DNA of 64,000 nt from the human T2T-CHM13v2.0 reference genome, Homo sapiens: assembly GCF_009914755.1 (NCBI RefSeq), contig NC_060934.1, one strand, 5' to 3'. Below the pieces are notes generated by a model, which made no database searches, was not told the DNA's origin, and was given only the letters and a program-made list of their open reading frames with translations. The position numbers and the translations under genes are program-made. How positions within the stretch are numbered: position 1 is the stretch's first letter; each line of letters begins with the position of its first letter. Of the stretch, positions 37,249 to 54,630 are shown one piece after another.

Positions 37249-37739
37249 GCAGGAGTCACGAGAACAAAACTGCAGATACACCTCAGATACAATACTTCTT
37301 TTGTGAACTTGAGCAAGTCATTTAACTCCATTAGACCACAACTTTTTTATCTTTAACATGTTATCCTTTCTAAATCCAAAGAATAAGTACAGCTGTATAG
37401 TTTCATAAAATTCAAATGAAAGGATTACATTTATTTGGAATGTAGAAGGTCTGAATAATATGCACACCGCATGATAGACCCAGTTAGATACATTTGTCAC
37501 TCCGGATAATGTAAAAATTTCTGAATCTCTGATAATAGGGAGCAGAAATAAATGATAATTTCACTGACAACCAACTCCACATTTTCCTTTATCTCTGATT
37601 TCTCTTCTTTAATACTAGTTTAAGCCACTTAATGGCTTTTGATCTTGATGAACAAGTGATTGTAGCAATGAGTCTATAAAATAGATTGGCAGAAACTATG
37701 TTGGTGTGAAGGTTAATTCAATTTTAAGATGTATTTTGC

Positions 37740-38038
<299 letters not shown>

Positions 38039-38439
38039 TTTTAAGATTCTTTGAAAAAAATTGGAGATTTTTGTAGGGAGTACACATATCTATTTTAAAA
38101 AATGATCTAACACTCTGTTCTGTGCTCTTTCAGCCTATTTTTTTTTCAGAATACTTATCACTTGAATCACCTGAAAATTGTCACCTATAGAATGGGACTA
38201 TTTATATTGCCAAACTAGAGGTTTTTGTGAGGATTGCGTAAGATTTTAAGTGTAAAATATTTAGAATAATGCCTGATATGTGATAAGATCTCAATAAATG
38301 TTAATTATGATGATGATTATTACTGTACTCATTAAACAAATTATTCTCATACTCCACTATACAATGAGCTCCTTGAAAGCAGAGTATTTATCTTTTTAGC
38401 CTACTGAAGACACATCCTCATTTCAAAGGATTTATTCAT

Positions 38440-40990
<2,551 letters not shown>

Positions 40991-41408
40991 ACGCATTTAC
41001 TGAACAAATTTGCTTCATTTTGTTTTAATTTTTTCATTCATACAAAAGAAAAGATGGTGCTTTTTGATTTTTGAATACATGACATGCTATATGGACAAGA
41101 TTTAGCGCTTAAACTTGACAGCTGATTAACTCTGTAGTTAAGTTTTGCCCTCTTCAATCATAGATTTAAAAAGATTCATGGTAAATATAAGAGGGGAGCC
41201 CATTTGCTCTTTGAAGAGGGCATGCGTGACACTACTCATTTTCAGCCCTATGACAGCTTCCACAGCTAGTCCTAAACCTACACATAATCATGATAACAGT
41301 AATAGTAATTATACCACCTTCTTAGATTTGCAAAGCACTTTGCAACTTACAGATTTGGTCATATTTGTTGGCTACCAATCTCACTGGTTTGTTGGGAAAA
41401 TTTAATAA

Positions 41409-41769
<361 letters not shown>

Positions 41770-41799
41770 CTAACACTTTATTAATAAATATAAGTACCA

Positions 41800-42100
41800 G
41801 GCCGGGCACGGTGGCTCACGCCTGTAATCCCAGCACTTTGGGAGGCCGAGGCAGGGAGATTACGGGGTCAGGAGTTTGAGACCATCCTGGCTAACACGGT
41901 GAAACCGTGTCTCTACTAAAAGTACAAAAATTAGCTGGGTGTGGTGACGGGCGCCTGTAATTCCAGCTACTCAGGAGGCTGAGTCAGGAGAATTGCTTGA
42001 ACCCAGGAGGCGGAGGTTGCAATGAGCCGAGATAGCACCACTGCACTCCCACCTGGGCGACAAAGCGAAACTCTGTCTCAAAAAAACAATAATAATAAAA
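41800..42100 (+). mobile_element. AluSc8/Y-like
   Basis: gaccatcctggctaacacggtg with S-type right arm; TSD aataaatataagt. Confidence 0.9.
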
Positions 42101-42174
42101 TAAATATAAGTTCCCTTTTGCTCATTTGAACCTCATTAAGACTATAGGAAGCCAGTAGTTGGAGATAGGTATTA

Positions 42175-42740
42175 TTTTTCCCTCTCAGCTCTACTGCTAC
42201 CACCCTAGTCCAAGCCAGCATCACAACTTGCCTGGACTACCACAGTAGGTTCCTGTAGTATCTTCCTAATTCCTTCAATCCCTCCCTAAAATCCCTCCTT
42301 CACATAGCAGTAATCTATTAAAAACATAAACATGAGGCTGCTGTTCAGAACCAGTTAATGCCTCTCCATAGAACTTAGAATAGAATCCAAGTCTATTGCA
42401 GTATCCAACAAGGCCTTCTACTACATAGACCTTGAGAGCTTCCCAGGTCTCCCTCCATGACTCTTCTTCCATCACTCAGTTGGCACTAGCCTCTCTGGGC
42501 TTCTTTCCGTCCTTCAGCCCAGGAAGTCCAGTCTACGCTTATCGTCTTTACTGTTGCTTTACCTCTCTGCCTGGAAGGCTTTATTCCCAGATTTTTACTT
42601 GCTTGTCTCTTTTTTAATGTTTCATTCCAGCTCAAATGTAGCTTCTCAGAGAGCTGTTCACATAGAGTGGTCACTCTACCTTACTGCTCCCCATCAGGGC
42701 ATCCTGTTTACATAGTGGATTTTCAACAAATATTTTATTT
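42175..42740 (+). mobile_element. L2 fragment
   Basis: accaccctagtccaagccagcatcac...ctggactac...cttagaatagaatccaa...tctgcctggaa. Confidence 0.8.
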
Positions 42741-43789
42741 TTCTTTTGTACACATACCAAAAAAGAAAATCTAGAGAGATTAAGTGGCTTGGTCAAGATT
42801 CTAAGTAGTATGCTTTTGTAGAACCCAGGTTTTATACAAACAATAATAATTTTAAAAGCCATGATTAAATAGTGTTGATAGTTGCACAATTCTGTAAATA
42901 TCATAAAAAGCACTGCATTGTATACTTTAAATGGGTGAATTTTATAGTTTGTGTGTTATATTCTCAATACAGCTATGATTAAATATAATTATGAACTTTA
43001 TTTTTCTAACTCTACCTTTTAATTTATGTTACATTAATTATTTAATTTAATTTATTGAGGGTACTTAAAACCTATTAAGCTGTCTCTCTATAAACTCAAT
43101 TCCATTAATTAGACCTCATGGCTCCTCCTTTATGATGGTGCTTATTTGTTGGAGGATTCTCCCTAGGTTTCCTCATTATAAGCCACTTTAGCACACATTC
43201 CGCCCTTTGGGAAGAATTTTACATGTTTTGCATATAATGTCTATTGTTACATTGCTCTGTTAGTCTGTTGAAGAAATAGAATTGTATTTTTTTAAATCTC
43301 CAAAGGGAGGAGAAGATACTTACTTACCAGGCAACAGTGATACAGCAGGGATCATTTGAGGATAGAACTCATTAATAATCTTACATAAGAAGCTTTATTC
43401 TCAACTAGAGTGCACTATCCTTGGTGGCATCCAGCTTGCCAGATTCTGGGTGGTGGTGGCATCTTTACTACGAGGTCCAGACCCGTGTCCTGTCCCATTT
43501 CTGAGGTCTATCAATCTCCCTTACTGGATGTCTGTGTTGTTGTCTGCTAAGGAAGAAACTAAGACCCTCCTGAATACTGAAATTCATCTGAGAAAATCCA
43601 CAGTGATTTGGGTTTTTGTTTTTTTTCTCCGAATCAGCCCTAATTCACATGAGAAATCTGTAGAGCCGCTGAATGTTCATTTTTTTGCAAAATCATTGCT
43701 CTGGTTCCACTGCATCTATTTTATTACAAATACATTAGTCCCTTTCCTACTTATCAGCTAGGAAACGGTACTACCATGTAGTTGGCTAA

Positions 43790-44160
<371 letters not shown>

Positions 44161-45299
44161 CATTAATCACTTCTTAAACAACAGCTACAATAACGAGAAA
44201 TCAAGTGACAGTTTCAAATGAGAGCTGGTTGCCATAGAGAAAGCTAAACAATAGTGGCTAACTTGTCTATCTACATGTAATGCCATTTTCTAATACTAAG
44301 TAAACCTTTCTCTGCCTACACACTTCTGTGCCCCCATCAACCACACACACATTCACAAACACACATACTCACAGAGTAGGTCATACTCTACCACAGGTTT
44401 CAACCTCTTATCACGTGTCTACACTGCAATTTCCCACATGGACAAACTGCAATTCTTGTTGCCTTCCAAATGTCGGATGCAGGATGTAAAACATACCACA
44501 TAACATGCCAAGGTTTGATGTGAGAGTGTGATGACAAAAATATGGGAGGTGCCTTCAGACAGGCCACTGCTTAGTAGCATGTTATTTTGGAAAGGCATGT
44601 ACTGTCTTTAGCTTCATGTTCTAAATTATTCTCCTAGGGGAGGGATCTTGCATTCAAAATTAGATGGTTCTGTTATGTGACTTACCACTTACGTTTTGAA
44701 AGGTAACCCCATTTATAATTCCAATACCATGTAATACCCAAATCAGAGCCCTATAAAACTAATTTCCAAGCTTTTTGATTCTAGATAGAAAGCCTCAGAA
44801 ATAGAGGGTGATTGAAATATTTCAATAATACCAAATAAAAAATCCACCCGTGCAGTAAGATTCTCGGTAAATAGTTTTCTACTCAAAGTGATATTATTTG
44901 ATTAGACATTTATGAATTGGTCAAGAGTAAAGAGCTGTCAGGAAGGCACTGAATCAACTGCAGACTCTCCTGAAATGAAAACTAGGGACGCATTTTTCTC
45001 TGCTACGGAAAATCTCTTTAGAAGGTTTCTTCCTGGTAAAATGGCCATTTGCTTTATATTTTCCTGTGTTATCCTTTGAAGTCTCCAACTCATGTACCAA
45101 TGGAATCCTATAATCTCCTTCACTAATTTTCTTTCTTTCAAAATTAACATTTTCTATTTAAGCTCCCCCTTAGTGCTCTTCTCTCCTCTTCTTAGCTGCA
45201 GCCCACCTGTGGAGTCTAAAATAACACACACCATATTAACACTCCTCTGCTGAGATTTTGATAACAGACACCTGTGCAGTCTAAGTAGCTCTTGACTTA

Positions 45300-45860
45300 T
45301 TTCTTTCAGAATGTGTTAATAATGGTCGCCACATTTATTTTCCTCCAGATGTCAATTAAAAATACCACAAGGGCCAATTTCAGTGAAAACTTGAAAGTGG
45401 ATTAAACTACCCCCTCTCCTTCACTCCCTCCATATACCATTTTGCCATCTTTCAAATGCGGCAGAGAGCACATCCATCAATCAGAGAGCTGCTGGGCATC
45501 CCAGGAGCACACCGCAGGTGGCGAGTTTCACTGCATACACCTTAAAGTGCATCCTCATCTTATTGCTCATGTTAATAAACACTCTGCCATTTTAACAGCA
45601 ACCACCACTGCATGGAAATATAATGATGTAAATACGACTCAAGTATTCAAACTGGTCCGCAAAGTTGGTATCATAAGATAACAAGGCAAGACTATAATCT
45701 GCTCTGCCATTTTTATCCTTCAGAAACAACTTTCTAATCAACATTTCAGCCTTACCAACATTTCTTTTTCTCTGGGTTAATATTTAAAATAGCTAGTCAA
45801 TTTGTGAGGCATTGGAGCTGTCATTAAAATAAGTGACACTCTGGGCTTTCAAAATCTCTT
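45300..45860. promoter_or_regulatory. Candidate enhancer (repeat-free, motif-dense)
   Basis: TGATTGATGGAT PBX-HOX composite on minus at 45472-45483; TGACAG on minus near 45818; several GCCAT(T/C)TT YY1-type motifs; partial CTCF-like accgcaggtggcga at 45511. Confidence 0.35.
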
Positions 45861-46969
45861 TGATGCAGCCCACCCTAACCACTAGGGCTGGCTCTACATT
45901 AAACATTTCTTTTAAGGGTATATTTTATTTCCTGCAAGCAGCTTTGCACATTTTTTATCCACAAGAGAACAGATCTCTTTTTGCAGGTTAGCTCACAGCC
46001 AGAGACTCAATCGATTTTGAAAGCTCATAAGGGAAGAAATCCAGAGAAACAGCTAGGTAGTTAAATCAGGGAGTTACTCTCTTGGTTGTGTTGTTCAACC
46101 AACTTCAAGAACTGCCTTCGCTTTTATTCATTCATTTACTCACATGCCCGTATGATAACATGTACCTCCCCTGGCCCCCACCCCCAACAAAAGGTCCTCT
46201 AAATATTAAAGGCTATGAAGAGCCACATGAACTGAACACTAAGCTATATAATAGTCACTGGAGGGTCATTTAAAAGCTGCAATAATATGGGATAAGGAAG
46301 AGAATGAAATGCTTTCTTTTTTTTGAAGGCCTCTGCCCCTTTTAGAGCAACTGGATTCCATTTAGCAAATGACCGCCTTCTGGAAATAAAGAAAAAATAA
46401 TAACCCGGGAACAGAAGGATAAATTAAGTATTTTACCCAAGAAATGCTAAGAACTCTGCTTACTTCATGCTGTGTGTAAGAGAGCATGATGCATGCCATT
46501 ATATTTCTATAGCCCTCCTTATTGTTCTGACAGCATAGTGATTTTTATAATTTGACATTCTATTTTCATCCTAGAGAAGGAGAGCTTCAGAAAGGAACTC
46601 TGCTTTTGCTAGAGCTGCTAAATTCAGGAAAGGAACTTCATTGATGTAACTGTTGTGTGTTGCACTTCCTAGGTTTTTTACAGAGCTGACCATTAGAAGA
46701 AAATATTTTCTGCAAGGAAAAGGAGCATCCTCTGGGAAAGAACATCACCTACATTTAAGCGAAGTGGTTGAAAACAGCTCTTAGGCAGGTAGGGTCAAAT
46801 CCATTTTGTGACAAGCAGTTCATTGATGCTAAGTGTAGAATCAGCATAGAATAAGGATTGGTTAACTTTTAAAGATACTTTTATTCTATTACAAAGTTTG
46901 TACTCTAGGTTAGCCATTTTGGAAACCTGCAGTGTTCGTAGGCCACAGTCATCTCGTAGGAATCACTCT

Positions 46970-47595
46970 GCAGCCTTCTCACTGGGACACTTTAATCCAG
47001 CCTTGTGCCTCCCCAATCCTGTCTGCATACTGCAGACAGTAATTCTTCCAAGACACCAAGCTGATCAAACCAATCTTCTGTCAAAAACCCATGGGAAGCT
47101 TCACAAAGGGCTGAGGTTAAAGTCCACATTCTTTAGCATATTACACCTGTAGCTTCCGAAAGTATTTTTCTAGTCTTTTCTTTCATCATTCATCAACTTA
47201 TTTCTAACCACCCCAGCCAAACTGAACTTTGAAGAAGAAAAAGAAGACCAGAAGATAAAAAATTCAATGGACTGACACCGCCTTCCCTGTACATTTGGCC
47301 TGGTTATTAACCAGTTACCCTTCAGATCTCGTTTAAAAATCACGAATTACAGAAATGTTGTCCTGATTCTCTTTGATCAGAGTGGACTTGTCTGGGATGC
47401 GCTCTCCAGCCCATTATATGCCTATTATTGCTCCTATTCCATTTTAGCCATATTGGATTTGTTTACTTGTTGCTTTCTCCTCTGACTGCAAGTTCCCTTG
47501 GGACAAGAATTGTATTCCTTTCTCTCATCATATCTTCAGTGCCCAGCACAGAAGATGGTAATTGAACAAATGAATGAAGAAATGAATGAATGAAT
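46970..47595 (+). mobile_element. L2 3' portion
   Basis: gactgcaagttcccttggg...cagtgcccagcacag...(TGAA)n tail. Confidence 0.75.
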
Positions 47596-48514
47596 TCTAG
47601 TGGCAGAAAAGTTGAGAAAATAGATGGAAATTACTAGAGTGTTGCAGCATGGAAGGATTGACTGAACAGGAGAAAAATTACTGTCTCCCTAAGTCGGATC
47701 AATTCAAGCACCACAGAATGCATTTCATCCGCAATATTCAGCCTTGGTTTCCTTACTCTGACTATAATTCCCAAAGATTTCTGACATGTAAAATCCTGCA
47801 ATTAGACATTCACTGATGGATTTAAGGCCCTATCTTCTGTGAAATGCCCATGGGAGGTAATACTCCACATACTATAAATACATCCAAACATTCCTGGGAA
47901 TAGTTCTGAGAAAGGGAGAATTACTTCACCTTGTGTCTGAAGGCAGCAGGGAAGACTGAGAAGGTCCTGCTTTCCAAGAGCCATAAATGAAAGCTGAAGA
48001 CAAAGGGAAAAATTAGCTCACATTCTGAAAAAAAAGTGGCTTTTCTTCCCAACATGACTGCAAAGAATCATTAAGCTCTAAAAAGAGCAGATATTTTAGA
48101 ACCCTTTCCTGACTTCCTCTTCTACATTATCTTCCACTACTCTAAGATCAAATTTCCAATTTCATGAAAAGAGACCCGAGGAAAACATTATCAATTACTC
48201 ATTTCCACCCAATATTCCATGATCCGAAAAGTCCATCAACTCTCCCATGGATTCTCAATTCCTTCAACAAATACTTACTGAAGACCTGCTACATGCCAGG
48301 CATTCTACCTCGCTAAAAATTCAACATTAAACTTTTGTTTTCTCCCTTCCAGCCTCATGGAGCTTATTCTCTAGTAGAATTCTTCTGGGAAATAAAATTG
48401 ATACTGGTTGAACAGTTATTGAATAAATACTTTAATACGTGATTGAACAAATAAACTGCTACTATTCAAGGATAACAAAAACAGGAGTATTCTTGTTTCT
48501 TCTCCTGGATTTCT

Positions 48515-48755
48515 ATAGAACAGCATAATGCCATGCTTAAGAATTTGGGCCTAAGACAAACCTGGGTTTCAGTTCTAGTTCCTCCACTTACTGGCTGGGT
48601 GAACTTGAGCAACTTTCTTTATTTCTCTTTCCCACTGTACAACAGATATAACTTAATCGAAATTAGCCTCAAATTTGTTGTTGGGGATTAAAGAATATAC
48701 AAGAAAAAAAGAATCTGGCACGTGAGAGGAGAATATGACAATATTAGCTATTATT
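48515..48755 (+). mobile_element. MIR
   Basis: acctgggtttcagttctagttcctccacttactggctgggtgaacttgagcaa...attagctattatt. Confidence 0.75.
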
Positions 48756-49482
48756 TCTTCCTTCTAAGTTTCTTTCCTGAATTGGCAAAATGAAAGTTCA
48801 TTATGATCAGTGACTTTTACTTTTAATAAGAAGACACTTATGTAGTCATAAGGAGTGAAAATTTATTATTCCCAATGCTTAAATCTGACACTCAAAGCAA
48901 ACCACACTGACTCCTTCTGCCTTCCTGTTGACAGCACCCTATTAAACAGAAATGCTCCCATCAGGGGGGATGAGACAAATCTGCCCAATTTCTGAAGTAT
49001 GCCACTTCCCCAGCATGCCTGGTAGGGATTTACAATGCTCTAGAAATAGCAAACAGGGCATAAACGTCCTTGGAAGATGACTGCATAAGCAGCAATACGA
49101 CTTGTGCTAAGTGAGAATTCTATCACAGGGAAAGCACAAAAATATGTCTGATACACACATCCCAGACACTCCTCCAATTACATAATTATTTATCTTAAAC
49201 CAAATTCACCACTTTCTTTAGAAGGATACTTTTTTTTTTTTTACTATTTTACAACGGGGAAATATATATACACACACACAAACAGATATGTATATGTGTG
49301 TATACACATATATATTCTCTGAAAATACATATATTTTCTCTGAAAAAATAATATATATATATTTCTTCCCCTTAAATATGATCTCAGAAGACAAATAAAC
49401 TTTATTTCTAGTGATGAAAGGGCTTCAGAGAAGTTTGTTCTATTTGTGATGCATAAAATTTGTCTTTAGAACAGCTATATGA

Positions 49483-49516
49483 AGACTACATCTCAAAAAA
49501 ACAAACAAAACAAAAA
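49483..49516 (+). mobile_element. Extremely 5'-truncated Alu (12 nt plus tail)
   Basis: agactacatctc plus A-rich tail between perfect 15-bp TSDs agaacagctatatga (49468 / 49517). Confidence 0.85.
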
Positions 49517-50255
49517 AGAACAGCTATATGAGCCTGACCAAAGCTTTTCATAAATTTTCATCTTCCTAGAATCACTTGTCTTTCTCAAAATACAGGTAAG
49601 CCAGTGGGGGAAAAAAAAGTTTACTTTAAAATATGATTGACTTATATTTCCCTGAGAACCATTAGATTCATTTACATAGTTTCTTATTTTTATGTCTATT
49701 TAGTATTTATTTTCTACTATATATATTGCATAGAGAGCATTTTTTACTAAATCTAAGAACCTAAAGTTATTTCCTCCCTTCATCCAATATCCAAGGATCT
49801 TCCTAGAAAAGTTATCTAAAACTCTGTAGTTAAAATAATTTAATCTGTTAAGAGAGGCACAAAGTCAACTTTTGTTTTACAGATGAGATAGAAGTTACAC
49901 CTAAATTTCTCTAATGTGTTTATAAAACAAATGAGCAATGAGTTCATAGTTTTCTGCCTCTAGTCCTGCATCTTGAAATGTTGGTATTTTATGGAATTTA
50001 ACTTGTGGTAAAATTGTAAACGTCTTTTAAAAATTATTTTACTTTTTAATACTTGTCTTAATATTTATGAAATCTTATTTCAGCCTCAGTGCTACAACTT
50101 TTTAGCAGCATTTTTTGTTGTCAAAGTGTCCTTTTTAAAAATTAACACAAATGCTCTATTCAGGAAGACTTATTGAGACTCCTCTGTGTTGCCCTACTAG
50201 GCAAGCCAACCCACTTCACAGCTTGTCCTAGTAGGTGATGCTAGGTAGTAGATGA

Positions 50256-50621
<366 letters not shown>

Positions 50622-52471
50622 TGAGGCTTCCTGGGTATTACTTTATGGTTTTTTCATTGTTCATATTGCAACATTAATATCAACCAACTTTGTCTTTTTT
50701 TTCTTTCCATGAAATAAGCATAAATCAGAGCAATAACACTTGGCAAAAGAGGATACTATTAAATAATTTATAATCGATTGTGTTGGGTTCTTAGGAAGTA
50801 GAACATGCCCAAACGCTTGATTTATCTCAATAGTTGAGATGAATCCAAGGGTCTTCCTAGGTTAGAAAGATTAGCAGGAGAGATGTTAAAGGGGGAACAC
50901 CTGCCCCCAAAAGTAGACCTTCACTGTGGAACCTGAAAGTTCAGATCACAAGAGAAGGATTTGACCTTACCTGGAGCTGAGACAAATTTGGAGAGCTGAG
51001 TGAAATACAGGGATAGAAGAAGCAGCAAGAAGAGCCCTGTGGGCTCTCTCGGTCCCCAGGGAATCAATTTCTGACTTTGTCTTGAAGAGGTCCTTGGGGA
51101 TGGCTGTCAGAGGAACTGGGAAAAGACCACAGGGAGAAGGGAACTTCCAGCTGTACTGCGTAATAATTTCAACTGAATGCAAAGTTTCCTGGACAGAACT
51201 CAGGGGAGGGGGTGAATTGGGAGTGCAGACACAGCACAGAAGCTGTAGGAGGTGGGGCAGCAGGCGGGGAGGCAGGAAGCCTAAAAGCCCTGCTTGCTTT
51301 CTCAGCCTTGCTCACCTGTTGCCTAGAAACAAACCTGGTCCTGTTGTGGGGGCACAGTGGGAGTAAGACTGGCCTTTTGGGCTGCTTTGGGGGAGCTGTG
51401 TAAGGCCTGTAACTGCCAGCTTTCCCCAACTTCCCTGGCAACCTGCATGACACACTAGTGGAAGCCATAATCCCCCTGGGAAGGTAACTCTAATTGGCCT
51501 GAGAACCACACTCCCATCTCCCACAGCAGTAGCAGCAAGTCCCATCCAAGGAGAGTCTGAGCTCAGACACCTAACCCTGCCCCCACTTGCTGGTCTTTCT
51601 CTAGCTACCACCTGATCATCCCTATACTTCCGCAGCAGCTGATTCTCTCTTGAAAGTGCCACCTCCTGGCAGTTCCCCAAGCAACACAAAACTAGTGCAA
51701 TTAACAAAACTGCAACCAAGGATCTTCACTCCCCTGCCACCTCCACCAGCACAGGTGCTGCTATCCATGGCTGACAGACATGAAAACAGTTTACACTACA
51801 GGACTCTGTGCAGACACCCTTCAGTACCGACCCCAAGTCTGGCAGCTCTGCTGGGTGGCTAGATCCAGGAGACAAATAACAATCACTGCAGTTTGGCTCT
51901 CAGGAAGCCACATCCCTAGGAGAAGGGGGAGAGCACTACATCAAGGGAGCAAGCAGTCCAAATGTAGGGAGCACTACATCAAGGGAGACTAAAGAATCTG
52001 AACAGCAGCCTTGAGCCCCAAATTTTCCCTCTAACATAGTCTACCAGAAAAGGAACCAGAAAAACAATTCAGGCAATATGACAAAACAAGGTTATTTAAT
52101 GCCCCCAAGAAACCACACTAGCTCACCAGCAATGGATCCAAACCAAGAAGAAATCCCCGAATTGACAGAAAAAGAATTCAGGAGGTTGATTATTAAGCCA
52201 GGCAAGGAGGCACCAGAGAATGGTGAAGTCCAATTTAAGAAAATCAAAAAAAGATACACGATATGAAGGGACAAATCTTCAGTGAAATAGACAGCATAAA
52301 TCAAAAACAATCACAACTTCTGGAAATGAAGGACACACTTAGAGAAATGAAAAATGCACAGGAAAGTCTCAGCAATAGAATCAAACAAGCGGAAGAAAGA
52401 ACTTCAGAGCTCCAAGAAAAGGTTTTCAAATTAACCCAATCCAGCAAAAACAAGGAAGGAAGACTTTTTTG

Positions 52472-52778
52472 GGCTGAGTGCAGTGGCTTACACCTGTAAT
52501 CCCAGCACTTTGGGAGGCTGAGGCGAGTGGATCACAAGGTCAAGAGATCAGGACCATCCTGACTAACATGGTGAAACCCCATCTCTACTAAAAATACAAA
52601 AAATTAGCCGGGCATGGTGGCACGTGCCTGTAGTCTCAGCTACTCAGGAGGCTGAGGCAGGATAATCACTTGAACCCGGGAGGCAGAGGCTGCAGGGAGC
52701 CGACCGAGATCATGCCACTGCGCACTAGCCTGGGTGACACAGCAAGAGTCTGTCTCAAAAAAAAAAAGAAAAAAAAAG
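52472..52778 (+). mobile_element. AluSc nested in L1PB ORF1
   Basis: ggtcaagagatc diagnostic; TSD aaga(c/a)tttttt. Confidence 0.92.
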
Positions 52779-54257
52779 AATTTTTTAAATGAACAAAGCC
52801 TCCAAGAAATTTGGGATTATGTTAAACAACGAAAACTAAGAATAATCTCTGAGGAAGGAAATAAATCTAAAAGTTTGGAAAACATATTTGAGAGAATAAA
52901 TGAGGAAAACTTCCCTGGTTTTGCTAGAGATCTAGGCATCCAAATACAAGAAGCTCAAAAAACACCTGGAAAGTTTATCACCAAAAGATCATCACCGAGG
53001 CACATAATCATCAGGTTATCTGAAGTTGAGATGAAGGAAAGAATCCTAAAAGCTATGAGGCAAAAGCACCAGGTAACCTATAAAGGAAAACCTATCAGAA
53101 TAACAGCAGATTTTTCAGCAGAAACCCTACAAGCTAGAGTGTTTGGGGCCCTATCTTTAGCCTCCTTAAACAAAAGAATTATCAGCCAATAATTTTGTAT
53201 TCAGCAAAACTAAGCTTCATAAATGAAGGAAAGATACAATTGTTTTCAGACAAATTCTGAGAGAATTCACCACTACCAAGCCAGCACTAAAAGAACTGCT
53301 AAAAGGAGCTCTAAATCTTGAAACAAATCCTCAAAAAACACCAAAATAGAACCTCCCTTAAATCTCACAAGACCTATAAAACAAAGATGAAATAAATATA
53401 AAAAAGCAAGGTATTCATCCCACAAATAGCACAATGACTAGAATAGTACTTCACATCTCAATACTAACATTGAATGTAAATAGTCTAAATGCTCCACTTA
53501 GAAACAGAATGGCAGAATGGATAATAATTCACTAACCAAGTATCTGCTGTCTTCAAGAGACTCACCTAACACATAAGGGCTCACATAAACTTAAGGTAAA
53601 GGACTGGAGAAAGATATTTCATGCAAATGGACACCAAAAGTGAGCAGGGGTAGCTATTCCTATATCAGAAAAAAACTTAAAACAACAGCAGTTAAAAAAG
53701 ACAAAGACAGGCATTATATGATGATAAAACAACTTGTCCAATAAGAAAATATCACAATCCTAAATATATATATGCACCTAACACTGGGGTTATCAAATTT
53801 ATAAAATAATTACTATTAGACCTAGGAAATTAAATAGACACCAACAGAATAATAGTGAGGGACTTCAGTACTCCACTGACAGCACTAAAAAGGTCATCAA
53901 GACAGAAAATCAACAAAAAAAAAAATAGATTTAAACTACACCCTGGAACAAATGGACTTAACAGATATTTACAGAACATTCTACACAACAACTTCAGAAT
54001 ATACATTCTATTCATCAGCATATGGAAAATTTTCCATGATAGACCATGATAGGCCATGAAACAAGTATCAAAAAATTTAATAAAACTGAAATTATATCAA
54101 GTACTTTCTCAGACCACAGTGAAATAAAATTGGAAATCAATTCTAAAAGGAACTCTCAAAACCATGCAAATTCATGGGAATTAAATAAACTGCTTCTTAA
54201 TGATTTTTGGGTCAACTGTGAAATCAAGATGGGAATTTTAAAAATTCTTTGAATGGA

Positions 54258-54630
<373 letters not shown>

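Noticed and set aside
44811-44826. Perfect 16-bp palindrome attgaaatatttcaat
   Set aside because: About one such AT-rich palindrome is expected by chance in 64 kb.
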